A stretch of DNA of 32,000 nucleotides. It comes from Haloferax volcanii DS2 (lineage in GTDB: Archaea; Halobacteriota; Halobacteria; Halobacteriales; Haloferacaceae). The stretch spans positions 510,001-542,000 of the forward strand of contig NC_013967.1 in NCBI RefSeq assembly GCF_000025685.1. Reading direction: 5' to 3'. Positions 8,351-15,677 of this stretch are shown piece after piece (position 1 is the first letter of the stretch; each line of letters begins with the position of its first letter). The notes under the pieces are model-generated. The model worked only from the letters and a program-made list of their open reading frames with translations, was not told where the DNA came from and made no database searches. The position numbers were made by a program, and so were the translations under genes.

Positions 8351-8356
8351 TATATC
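8351..8356 (-). promoter_or_regulatory. TATA-like box for cdrL (leaderless spacing)
   Basis: The + strand TATATC (minus strand GATATA) lies 23-28 nt upstream of ATG 8328. Confidence 0.4.
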
Positions 8357-8440
8357 AATGTTCGTACCTGTCTGACACACAGCACACGCGGCAGCGAGAA
8401 TGATAATGGTTAAACGCGTCGACCAGATATGAATCGGTGA

Positions 8441-8514
8441 CCGCTCTTAGCTCAGCCTGGCAGAGCAGCCGACTGTAGATCGGCTTGTCCCCCGTTCAAA
8501 TCGGGGAGAGCGGA
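8441..8514 (+). tRNA. tRNA-Tyr (anticodon GUA), 74 nt, no intron, CCA not encoded
   Basis: Hand-folded cloverleaf. Acceptor CCGCTCT/AGAGCGG with discriminator A. D arm GCTC-AGCCTGGCA-GAGC. Anticodon arm GCCGA-CTGTAGA-TCGGC (GTA at positions 34-36). Variable loop TTGTC. T arm CCCCG-TTCAAAT-CGGGG. Followed by TTTT. Confidence 0.9.
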
Positions 8515-8532
8515 TTTTGCTTGCAAAATCCG
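8511..8532. other. Perfect 22-bp palindrome overlapping the tRNA 3' end
   Basis: CGGATTTTGC-TT-GCAAAATCCG. It includes the T4 tract directly after the tRNA, so it is likely a tRNA terminator/trailer structure. Confidence 0.7.
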
Positions 8533-8538
8533 GTCGAG

Positions 8539-8606
8539 CCGGTTTGAGCAGGTCAGTCGCAGCGCGTGAACGAAGTGAACGCGTCGTCTGACTGAGTTCA
8601 AATCGG
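8539..8606 (+). other. Long imperfect hairpin whose 3' arm is tRNA-fragment copy 2
   Basis: CCGGTTTGA (8539-8547) pairs with TCAAATCGG (8598-8606; 9 bp including one G-T). Inner GTCAG (8552-8556) / CTGAC (8588-8592) and GCGCGT/ACGCGT pairings are present. Confidence 0.6.
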
Positions 8607-8616
8607 GGAGAGCGGA
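8596..8616 (+). repeat. Exact 21-nt duplicate of the tRNA-Tyr 3' end (T-loop to discriminator)
   Basis: GTTCAAATCGGGGAGAGCGGA is identical to 8494-8514 and lies 102 nt downstream of the original. Confidence 0.95.
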
Positions 8617-8622
8617 CTGAAC

Positions 8623-8656
8623 TTCAACACCCGCGAGCGCAGCGGGCGGTGTTGAA
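8623..8656. other. Hairpin between tRNA-fragment copies 2 and 3
   Basis: TTCAACACC (8623-8631) pairs with GGTGTTGAA (8648-8656), plus CGC/GCG with a 3-nt bulge. The loop is GAGCGCA. Confidence 0.6.
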
Positions 8657-8673
8657 TGTGAAGGACTTCTCGA

Positions 8674-8725
8674 CCCGATTTGAGCAACGAGCAACGCAAC
8701 GCGTTGCGAGTGAGTTCAAATCGGG
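8674..8725 (+). other. Second hairpin unit whose 3' arm is tRNA-fragment copy 3
   Basis: CCCGATTTGA (8674-8683) pairs perfectly with TCAAATCGGG (8716-8725). An inner palindrome CGCAACGCGTTGCG sits at 8694-8707. As in the first unit, the 5' arm continues with GAGCA (TTTGAGCA in both). Confidence 0.65.
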
Positions 8726-8727
8726 GA
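8711..8727 (+). repeat. 17-nt partial copy of the tRNA-Tyr T-loop/T-stem
   Basis: TGAGTTCAAATCGGGGA is identical to 8593-8609. Of these, 14 nt (GTTCAAATCGGGGA) are identical to the tRNA at 8494-8507. Confidence 0.9.
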
Positions 8728-8750
8728 ACGACCCTCGTTGATTCCCGTAG

Positions 8751-8762
8751 TGTCCCCCGTTC
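8751..8762 (+). repeat. 12-nt copy of the tRNA-Tyr variable-loop/T-stem 5' segment
   Basis: TGTCCCCCGTTC is identical to 8486-8497. It is short enough that it would be weak evidence on its own. Confidence 0.5.
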
Positions 8763-8846
8763 CGTCACCTCAGACCCTCACGAACAATCGGAGTATATCT
8801 CGCCGCGACCCCGTAATTTACCCCCGTCTGTTCGGAAGCAAACGGC

Positions 8847-9830
8847 ATGGATTCTCGACCGCTCGGCACGACCGGATTCGACGTTTCCGAAATCGCGCTG
8901 GGGACGTGGCAGCTCGGCGGCAGTTGGGGCTCGGTGACCAACGACGAGGCGTACGACGCCATCGAGGCGGCGCTCGACGCGGGCATCGACTTCCTCGACA
9001 CCGCGGACGTGTACGGCGACGGCGACAGCGAGCGCCGCATCGGCGACGTGCTCGCGGACCGCGACGACGACGTCACCGTCGCCACCAAGGCGGGGCGGCG
9101 GCTCGACCCCCACGAGGCCGACGGCTACAACCGCGAGAACCTCGAACGGTTCGTGTACCGGAGCCGGGACAACCTCGGCGTCGACTCGCTCGACCTCGTC
9201 CAACTTCACTGCCCGCCGCGAGAGGTGTACTACCAGCCCGAGGTGTTCGATGCCCTGTCGGAGCTCCGCGACGCCGGGAAAATCGACCACTACGGCGTGA
9301 GCGTCGAGAAGGTCGAAGAGGGGCTCAAGGCCATCGAGTACGACGGCGTGGAGACGGTCCAGATTATCTTCAATCCGCTTCGACAGCGACCCGCGGAACT
9401 GTTCTTCCGGGAGGCGGCGCGCCGGAACGTCGGCGTCATCGTTCGCGTCCCGCTCGCGTCGGGGCTGCTCACCGGCGCGCTCTCCGCAGACGCAGAGTTT
9501 GCCGAGAACGACCACCGGAACTTCAACCGACACGGCGAGGCGTTCGACGTGGGCGAGACGTTCGCCGGAATCCCGTTCGAAGACGGTCTCGAAGCCGCGG
9601 ATTCGATACAGGAGGTCGTCCCCGAGGGCGTCTCGCTCGCGCAGTTCACGCTCCGCTGGATTCTCTCGTTCGACGCCGTGAGCACCGTCATTCCCGGGTC
9701 GAAGACGCCGGAACACATCCGCGACAACGTCGCCGCGGCGTCGCTCCCACCGCTGTCAGCAGACCAGTTCGAGCGCGTCGAAGAAGTGTACAACGCGTAC
9801 GCGCGAGAGCACGTCCACCATCGGTGGTGA
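8847..9830 (+). CDS. Aldo/keto reductase family oxidoreductase
   Basis: GTWQLGG, DTADVYGDGDSE (catalytic Asp/Tyr context), LVQLHCP and IPGSKTPEHIRDN. 327 aa, typical AKR length. Confidence 0.9.
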   Translation: MDSRPLGTTGFDVSEIALGTWQLGGSWGSVTNDEAYDAIEAALDAGIDFLDTADVYGDGDSERRIGDVLADRDDDVTVATKAGRRLDPHEADGYNRENLERFVYRSRDNLGVDSLDLVQLHCPPREVYYQPEVFDALSELRDAGKIDHYGVSVEKVEEGLKAIEYDGVETVQIIFNPLRQRPAELFFREAARRNVGVIVRVPLASGLLTGALSADAEFAENDHRNFNRHGEAFDVGETFAGIPFEDGLEAADSIQEVVPEGVSLAQFTLRWILSFDAVSTVIPGSKTPEHIRDNVAAASLPPLSADQFERVEEVYNAYAREHVHHRW

Positions 9831-9895
9831 CCTGAGACCGCGGCCGAACCCCCCGCTTCGCTATATTCAAGTACAGTTTCGCCAATGAAATTCTA

Positions 9896-10531
9896 GTGGC
9901 AGTCACGTTCGACCTCTTCGGCACGCTCGTCGACGCCGAGTACCCGTCAGACCCCGGTTCGGCGGTCGCGGACGCGCTCCGCGAGTACGGCGTCGCCGTC
10001 CCCGACGACTGGGACGACGCCTACCGCGAGGTTCACATCGACGCGCCCGAGGGCGCGGAGGTCCCGCTTCCGGCGCACGTCGCCGCAGCCCTCCGGTCTC
10101 GGGGCGTCGACTCGCCGGACAACGCCGCTCGTCGCGCGGTCATCACGGCGTTCGACCCCGAGGTGACGACCCGTCCCGGCGCGGTCGACGCGGTCGCGGC
10201 TGCCCGCGAGGCCGGCGCGGTCGGCCTCCTCTCGAACTGTTCGGTCCCCGAACTCGTCGCGCGGACGCTCATCCGGTCGGACCTCGACCGGCGCGGCTTC
10301 GACGACATCACGACGAGCGTCGCCTGCGGCTGGCGGAAACCCCACCGGCAGGCGTTCGAGGCGGCGGCCCGCGGCCTCGGCGTCGACGCGGCCGAGTTGC
10401 TCCACGTCGGCGACGACCCGGACGCAGACGGCGGTATCGAGGCGGTCGGCGGCCGGTTCGTGAATCTCCGGGAGACGACGCTCGAATCGGTCGCGGCGAG
10501 GCTGCGAGCCGGGGAGGACCCGTGCCCGTGA
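9896..10531 (+). CDS. HAD-superfamily hydrolase (haloacid-dehalogenase-like subfamily; Asp+2 replaced by Phe)
   Basis: Motif I FDLFGTLVD, motif II LLSNCS, motif III WRKPHRQAF, motif IV HVGDDPDADGG. GTG start has TATA-like CTATATT (9861-9867) about 30 nt upstream. The 3' end overlaps cbiB by 10 nt. Confidence 0.85.
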   Translation: MAVTFDLFGTLVDAEYPSDPGSAVADALREYGVAVPDDWDDAYREVHIDAPEGAEVPLPAHVAAALRSRGVDSPDNAARRAVITAFDPEVTTRPGAVDAVAAAREAGAVGLLSNCSVPELVARTLIRSDLDRRGFDDITTSVACGWRKPHRQAFEAAARGLGVDAAELLHVGDDPDADGGIEAVGGRFVNLRETTLESVAARLRAGEDPCP

Positions 10532-11430
10532 CCGCCGCGGCCGCCGTCGTCGCCGCCGCGGCGCTGGACCGAGGGTTCGCCGAACCGCCGGCGCGCGTCC
10601 ACCCGGTCGCGTTGCTCGGCCGACTCGTCTCGCCCGTCGACCGCGAGTGGTCCCGTCCGACGCTCGTCGGCGCGGTCGCGGCCGTCGCGCTTCCGGCGCT
10701 CGCCGCGGGCGTCACCGCGGCTGTGACGTGGGCCGCGACGCTCGTCTCGCCGTGGCTCGGCGCGGCCGTCGCGGCGCTCGCGCTGTTTTCGACCACGAGC
10801 CTCCGGATGCTCCTCGACGCGGCCGCGGCGGTCGTCTCGGCTACGGCGGACGAATCCGACCTCGATACCGCCCGGTACGAACTCCGGGCGCTGGCCGGGC
10901 GCGACCCGTCGTCGCTGTCGGCGGCCGATATCCGGAGCGCCGCCGTCGAGAGCGCCGCCGAGAACCTCGCCGACGGCCTCGTCGCCCCGTTGCTCGCGTT
11001 TATGCTCTTCGCGGCCGTCTCGCTCCCGCTCGCGGTCGGCGCGGCCGCGTGGGTGAAGGGCGTCAACACGCTCGACTCGATGCTCGGCTACCGACACAAG
11101 CCGGTCGGTCGCGTTCCGGCCCGCCTCGACGACGCGGTGATGTGGCTCCCGGCGCGCGTCTCGGCCGTCTTACTGGCCGTCGTCGCCGGCGCGCCGGCCA
11201 CGGTGGCCCGGGTCGGCGAGCTGGCGCGCCGCCCGTCGTCGCCCAACTCGGGGTGGCCGATGGCGACCCTCGCGGTCCTGCTGGAAACGCGACTCGAAAA
11301 GCCCGGCCACTACCTGCTCGACGGGGGTCCCGAGGCACCCGACGCGGCGACGGCCGCGCGGGGCGTCCGACTCGTCTCGCGGGCGGGCCTCGCCGCGTTC
11401 GCCGTCGCGGGGGTGGTCGCGTGGTTCTGA
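10522..11430 (+). CDS. cbiB: Adenosylcobinamide-phosphate synthase (CbiB/CobD membrane family)
   Basis: Polytopic membrane protein with HPVALLGRL, ENLADGLVAPLLAF, NTLDSMLGYR, DDAVMWLPARV and SPNSGWPMA, characteristic of CbiB. Confidence 0.9.
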   Translation: MPVTAAAAVVAAAALDRGFAEPPARVHPVALLGRLVSPVDREWSRPTLVGAVAAVALPALAAGVTAAVTWAATLVSPWLGAAVAALALFSTTSLRMLLDAAAAVVSATADESDLDTARYELRALAGRDPSSLSAADIRSAAVESAAENLADGLVAPLLAFMLFAAVSLPLAVGAAAWVKGVNTLDSMLGYRHKPVGRVPARLDDAVMWLPARVSAVLLAVVAGAPATVARVGELARRPSSPNSGWPMATLAVLLETRLEKPGHYLLDGGPEAPDAATAARGVRLVSRAGLAAFAVAGVVAWF

Positions 11431-12185
11431 CCGCGCTCCGCGGCGCGCTCGGCTTCCTCACCCGCCTCCCCGTCGGCGGCGACGAGTCGAATTGGGACGC
11501 CTTCAGGCGCGCGCCCGTGGCGTTTCCGCTCGTCGGCTACGTCGTCGGCGCACTCGCCGCGCTCCCGCTGTTGCTCCCGCTGCCGATTCCGACCGCGGCC
11601 GCGCTGTACCTCGTGACGCTGTATCTCGTGACGGGCGTCACCCACGCCGACGGCCTCGCGGACCTCGGCGACGCCGCGGTCGTCCACGGCGACGCCGACC
11701 GCCGGCTGTCGGTCCTGAAGGATTCGCAGACGGGCGTCGGCGGCCTGCTCGCGTTCGGGCTGACGCTCGTCGTCCTCGCGCTCGGCGCGTTCGGCCTCGC
11801 CGGTGCGGGCGGTCGCGTCGGCCTCACGGCCGCCGTCGCAATCGCGCTCGCCGCCGAGGTCGGCGCGAAAGCCGGCATGGCGACGCTGGTCTGTCTCGGC
11901 GCGCCCGCCCACGAGGGACTCGGCTCGGCGCTCGTCGGCGAGAACAGTTCCGCCGGACTTCTCGCCGTCGCCGTGGCCTGTCTCCCGGTCGTCGCGCTCG
12001 CGCCGGTCACGGGCGGCCCCGCCGTCGTCGCGGCGCTCTGCTGCGGGCCGGTCGTCGCGCTGCTCGTTCGCTCGTGGGGCCGCGCCCGCCTCGGCGGCGT
12101 CTCGGGCGACCTGCTGGGCGCGACGAACGAACTGGCCCGCGCCGCGGCCGTCCACGCGGGGGTGGTGACGTGGACGCTCTCGTGA
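11421..12185 (+). CDS. cobS: Adenosylcobinamide-GDP ribazoletransferase (cobalamin-5'-phosphate synthase)
   Basis: This is the 3' part of track ORF 10647..12185. The in-frame GTG 11421 gives MVLTALRGALGFLTRLPVG, the canonical CobS N-terminus. Motifs THADGLADLGD, LKDSQTGVGG and GGVSGDLLGA are present. It overlaps the cbiB stop by 10 nt. Confidence 0.85.
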   Translation: MVLTALRGALGFLTRLPVGGDESNWDAFRRAPVAFPLVGYVVGALAALPLLLPLPIPTAAALYLVTLYLVTGVTHADGLADLGDAAVVHGDADRRLSVLKDSQTGVGGLLAFGLTLVVLALGAFGLAGAGGRVGLTAAVAIALAAEVGAKAGMATLVCLGAPAHEGLGSALVGENSSAGLLAVAVACLPVVALAPVTGGPAVVAALCCGPVVALLVRSWGRARLGGVSGDLLGATNELARAAAVHAGVVTWTLS

Positions 12186-12778
12186 TGTGCGGCGGCCGCG
12201 GCACCCGCCTCGACGCGCCGGTCGAAAAGCCGCTCGTGGACATCTGCGGGCGGCCCATGCTCGACCGAGTCGCGGCGGCGCTCCGCGATTCGAGCGTCGA
12301 GACCGTCCGCGCGGTCACCTCGCCGCACACGCCGAACACCCGCGACCGCGCCGCCGATCTCGGTCTCGACCCCATCGAGGCCCCCGGCGACGGCTACGTC
12401 TCCGACCTCGGATTCGCGCTGGCCCGCGTCTCCCGGCCGGTCGTCACCGTCGTTTCCGACCTCCCGCTCGTGGCCCCCGAACACGTCGACGCGGTCGTTT
12501 CGGCCGCGGACGGCGGGGCCGCCACCGCGTGCGTCCCCGTCGAACTGAAGCGCGACCTCGGAGCCAGCGTCGACGACGCGCTCGTCTTCGACCACGAGGG
12601 GACCGCCGTCTGCCCGACCGGGCTGGGCGTCGTCGGCCCCGCGGCCGCGGACGCGACAATTGATACCGACGCAGACACCGACACGCACTCGACCATGTAC
12701 CTCTCCACAGACACCCGACTGGCACTCAACGTGAACCGCCCGACAGACATCGAACTCGCGGAGGACCGATGCGAGTAG
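12170..12778 (+). CDS. cobY: Adenosylcobinamide-phosphate guanylyltransferase, archaeal type (NTP-transferase fold)
   Basis: This is the 3' part of track ORF 11492..12778. GTG 12170 gives MDALVMCGGRGTRL (nucleotidyltransferase G-rich loop); ATG 12185 is an alternative start. About 200 aa, positioned between cobS and cobT. Confidence 0.8.
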   Translation: MDALVMCGGRGTRLDAPVEKPLVDICGRPMLDRVAAALRDSSVETVRAVTSPHTPNTRDRAADLGLDPIEAPGDGYVSDLGFALARVSRPVVTVVSDLPLVAPEHVDAVVSAADGGAATACVPVELKRDLGASVDDALVFDHEGTAVCPTGLGVVGPAAADATIDTDADTDTHSTMYLSTDTRLALNVNRPTDIELAEDRCE

Positions 12779-13836
12779 TCCTCGTCGCCGGCACGACCGA
12801 GACGGCGAAGATACCCGGCATCAGCGCCGCCGGCGCGGAGCCGTCGCTCGTCGGCCACACGCCGAGCGCGGACGCCGAAATCATCGAGTACGGCGAGCCG
12901 GTCCGCTCGCCGGTGACGCCGGTCAGCCCGACGGGCTGTCCGACGCCCGCGGCCGTCACCCGCGCCGTCAAGCAGCTCACCGGCTTCGACGTGCTCACCG
13001 TGGACGCCGGCCTCGCGAAGCCGAGCGCCGCGCCGACCATCGACGTGGGCGCGCGACCCGGCCGCGACATCCGCGAGAGCGAACCGGTCCCGACCGCGCC
13101 CGGCGCGTTCGAGGCGGCCCGGCGGATGGGCCTCGCGCTCCCCGAAGACGAACTCGTCATCGGCGAGACCGTCCCCGGCGGGACGACCACCGCGCTCGCC
13201 GTGTTCCGCGCGCTCGGCGAGGAGTTCCCCGTCTCGTCGTCGCTCCCGGACAACCCCACGAGCCTGAAAGAGGAGGTCGTCGCCGAGGCGTTCGAAGCCA
13301 GCGACGTCGAACCCGGCTTCGCGGCTCACAAACCCCGGCGCGCCGCCCGCTACCTCGGCGACCCGGTGCTTCCGGTCGTCGCCGGCCTCACCGTCGGCGC
13401 GCTCGAAAACGGCACCGACGTGACGCTCGGCGGCGGGACCCAACTGCTCGCGGCCGCCGCGCTCGCTCGCCACGCCGGCGCGAACGGCGACCTGACGCTC
13501 GCAACGACATCGTACCTCGCTGAGGACGTGCCCGAGTTGGCCGACGCCGCCGAGGCGTTCGACCTCGAACTGACCGTCACCGACCCCGGCTTCGAGACGC
13601 ACCCGCTGGACCGCTACGCCGCGGGCGAGGCAAAGGAGGGCGCGGGCATGGGCGGCGCGCTCATGCTCGCCGACCGGATGGGCGTCCTCGACGACGTGGA
13701 GGCGGCCACGCTCGACGTGCTCTCCACGCTGGACCCCGAAGCCGTCGAGACCGGAACCGGAACCGCGGCGGCCGACGCTGGCGGAGCCGACGCTGGCGGC
13801 GTCGACGCCGACGCAGACATCGACGATGGACCCTGA
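12769..13836 (+). CDS. cobT: Archaeal CobT-type nicotinate-nucleotide--dimethylbenzimidazole phosphoribosyltransferase homolog (UPF0284 family)
   Basis: VLVAGTTETAKIPGISAAG, GETVPGGTTTA, LGGGTQ and EGAGMGGA. It has an acidic low-complexity C-terminal tail. The start overlaps cobY by 10 nt. Confidence 0.85.
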   Translation: MRVVLVAGTTETAKIPGISAAGAEPSLVGHTPSADAEIIEYGEPVRSPVTPVSPTGCPTPAAVTRAVKQLTGFDVLTVDAGLAKPSAAPTIDVGARPGRDIRESEPVPTAPGAFEAARRMGLALPEDELVIGETVPGGTTTALAVFRALGEEFPVSSSLPDNPTSLKEEVVAEAFEASDVEPGFAAHKPRRAARYLGDPVLPVVAGLTVGALENGTDVTLGGGTQLLAAAALARHAGANGDLTLATTSYLAEDVPELADAAEAFDLELTVTDPGFETHPLDRYAAGEAKEGAGMGGALMLADRMGVLDDVEAATLDVLSTLDPEAVETGTGTAAADAGGADAGGVDADADIDDGP

Positions 13837-14848
13837 GTCCGTCCGGGCGGGGAGCCGCGTCCCCCACGGCGGCACCACCGACCCGACCGTCCTCGACTTC
13901 AGCGCGAACACCAACCCCGAGCGTCCCGACGGCGTCGAGGCGGTGTACCGCGAGGCGTTCGACGCCTCGACCCGTTACCCCGACGACGACTACGCCGACT
14001 TCCGGGCGGCCGCCGGCGACTACGTCGGCTGTGTCCCCGAGGCGGTCGTGCCGACCGCCGGCGGCCTCGAAGCTCTGCGACTCGCGTTCGAAGTGACGCT
14101 CTCGCCGGGCGACACCGCGCTCGTCCCCGAACCGAGCTTCGGGGAGTACGACCGCGAGATTCGCCTGCAAGGGGCGGAGCCGGTGGCGGTCGCCCACGAC
14201 GCGATTCTCGACGCCGACCCCGCGGACCACGCGGTCGCGGTCGTCTGCACGCCGAACAACCCGACGGGCGAGCTCGCGCCCGCCGACGACCTCCGGGCGT
14301 TCGCGGCGCGCTGCCGCGAGGCCGACACGGTCCTCGTGGTCGACGAAGCGTTCCTCGACTTCACCGACGAACCGAGCCTCGCGGGCGAACCCGGCGTCGT
14401 CGTCGCCCGGTCGCTGACGAAGATGTTCGGACTGCCGGGCATCCGCGCCGGGTTCGCCGTCGCCACCGGCGACCTCGGCGACCGACTCGCCGTCGCCCGG
14501 CGGGCGTGGTCGCTCTCGACGCCCGCGGCCGCCGTCGGCGCGTACTGCATGGACGACGCCGAGTTCGTCTCGCGAACGCGAGCGCGCGTCTCGGCCGAGC
14601 GCGAGCGACTCCGCGAGACGCTGTCCGACGCCTTCGCGGTGTCCCCGTCGGACGCGCCGTTTCTCCTCGTGGACGTCGGCGACCGCGACGTGGACGCGGT
14701 GGTCGAGACCGCCCGCGACCGCGGGGTCGCCGTCCGGGACGCGACGACGTTTCCGACGCTCGACTCGCACGTCCGCGTCGCGGTGAAACGCCCCGACGAG
14801 AACGACGAACTGCTCCGGGCGCTCGCCGCCGTCGCCGACGATGTTTGA
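13826..14848 (+). CDS. cobD: L-threonine-O-3-phosphate decarboxylase (class I/II aminotransferase fold)
   Basis: N-terminal HGG motif, CTPNNPTGE, VVDEAFLDF, and PLP-lysine context ARSLTKMFGLPGIRAGF. Embedded in the cobamide operon with an 11-nt overlap with cobT. Confidence 0.85.
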   Translation: MDPESVRAGSRVPHGGTTDPTVLDFSANTNPERPDGVEAVYREAFDASTRYPDDDYADFRAAAGDYVGCVPEAVVPTAGGLEALRLAFEVTLSPGDTALVPEPSFGEYDREIRLQGAEPVAVAHDAILDADPADHAVAVVCTPNNPTGELAPADDLRAFAARCREADTVLVVDEAFLDFTDEPSLAGEPGVVVARSLTKMFGLPGIRAGFAVATGDLGDRLAVARRAWSLSTPAAAVGAYCMDDAEFVSRTRARVSAERERLRETLSDAFAVSPSDAPFLLVDVGDRDVDAVVETARDRGVAVRDATTFPTLDSHVRVAVKRPDENDELLRALAAVADDV

Positions 14849-15578
14849 GACGGCGCGCCGCGACGGCGTCTGCCGACTCGCCCGACCGGGGACGCGCTGG
14901 CTCTCGACGGGCTACGCCGGCGGCGACTCGCGGGCGGACGCCGCGTTCAACATCACCGTCCCCGAGGGCTGGCCCGAGACCGACCTCGACGCGTACGTCG
15001 AACGGCGGCTCTCGGCGGCCGGCTTCGACGAGCGCGGGCCGACGCTCCTGACGGGCGTCGGGCAGGAACACGCCCGGCGCGCCCGGTTCGGCCCGGTCGA
15101 AGTCGTCGCCACCGCGGGCGTGTCGAATCCGGCGGAACTCCCGATAGACGACGACCCGCGCGAGTGGGGAGACGCGTCGGACGCGCCTGACGCGGCGGCC
15201 GGCGACGACCGAGACGACCGAGACGACCCGGTCGGAACGGTCAACGTCTTCGTCGGGACGACACGGTCGCTGGAGCCGGGCGCGCTCGCGAACCTCGTCG
15301 CTGTGGCCGCCGAGGCGAAGGCGGCGACGCTCCTCGCGCGCTGCGGCGCGCCGGGGACGACGACCGACGCGGTCGTCGCCGCGTGCGACCCCGCCGGCGA
15401 CCCGGCGACGTTCTCGGGGAGTGCGACCGAGGTCGGCAACGCGGCCCGGGTCTGCGTCCGCGACGCGGTGCTCGCGAGCCTCGGTTCGCGGTACGACGCC
15501 GGGCCGATCTCGCAGGGCGTCGACGAGGCGAACTACGGCGTCGTCGCTGACGACCGCGCGACCGTCGCTCCGATTTGA
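14841..15578 (+). CDS. cbiZ: Adenosylcobinamide amidohydrolase
   Basis: CbiZ-family contexts WLSTGYAGG, FNITVP, LLTGVGQEHA, VATAGVSNP, VNVFVGT and AAEAKAATL. It carries an acidic insertion (DDDPREWGDASDAPDAAAGDDRDDRDDP). It overlaps cobD by 8 nt. Confidence 0.85.
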   Translation: MFETARRDGVCRLARPGTRWLSTGYAGGDSRADAAFNITVPEGWPETDLDAYVERRLSAAGFDERGPTLLTGVGQEHARRARFGPVEVVATAGVSNPAELPIDDDPREWGDASDAPDAAAGDDRDDRDDPVGTVNVFVGTTRSLEPGALANLVAVAAEAKAATLLARCGAPGTTTDAVVAACDPAGDPATFSGSATEVGNAARVCVRDAVLASLGSRYDAGPISQGVDEANYGVVADDRATVAPI

Positions 15579-15677
15579 GAACCGCCGGCGAAACGCGTTT
15601 CCGGCCGAAGAATCCACGGTGGTACCTAAGTGGTTCTCGAAGAAGCCTTGATTATGGTTGGTAGCTAGCAGGTCGGT

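Noticed and set aside
8452-8694. 80-aa minus-strand ORF in the track covering the tRNA and its downstream repeats.
   Set aside because: It runs antisense through a well-folded tRNA gene and hairpin repeats. It has no coding bias or recognisable product, so it is an artefact of the repeat region.
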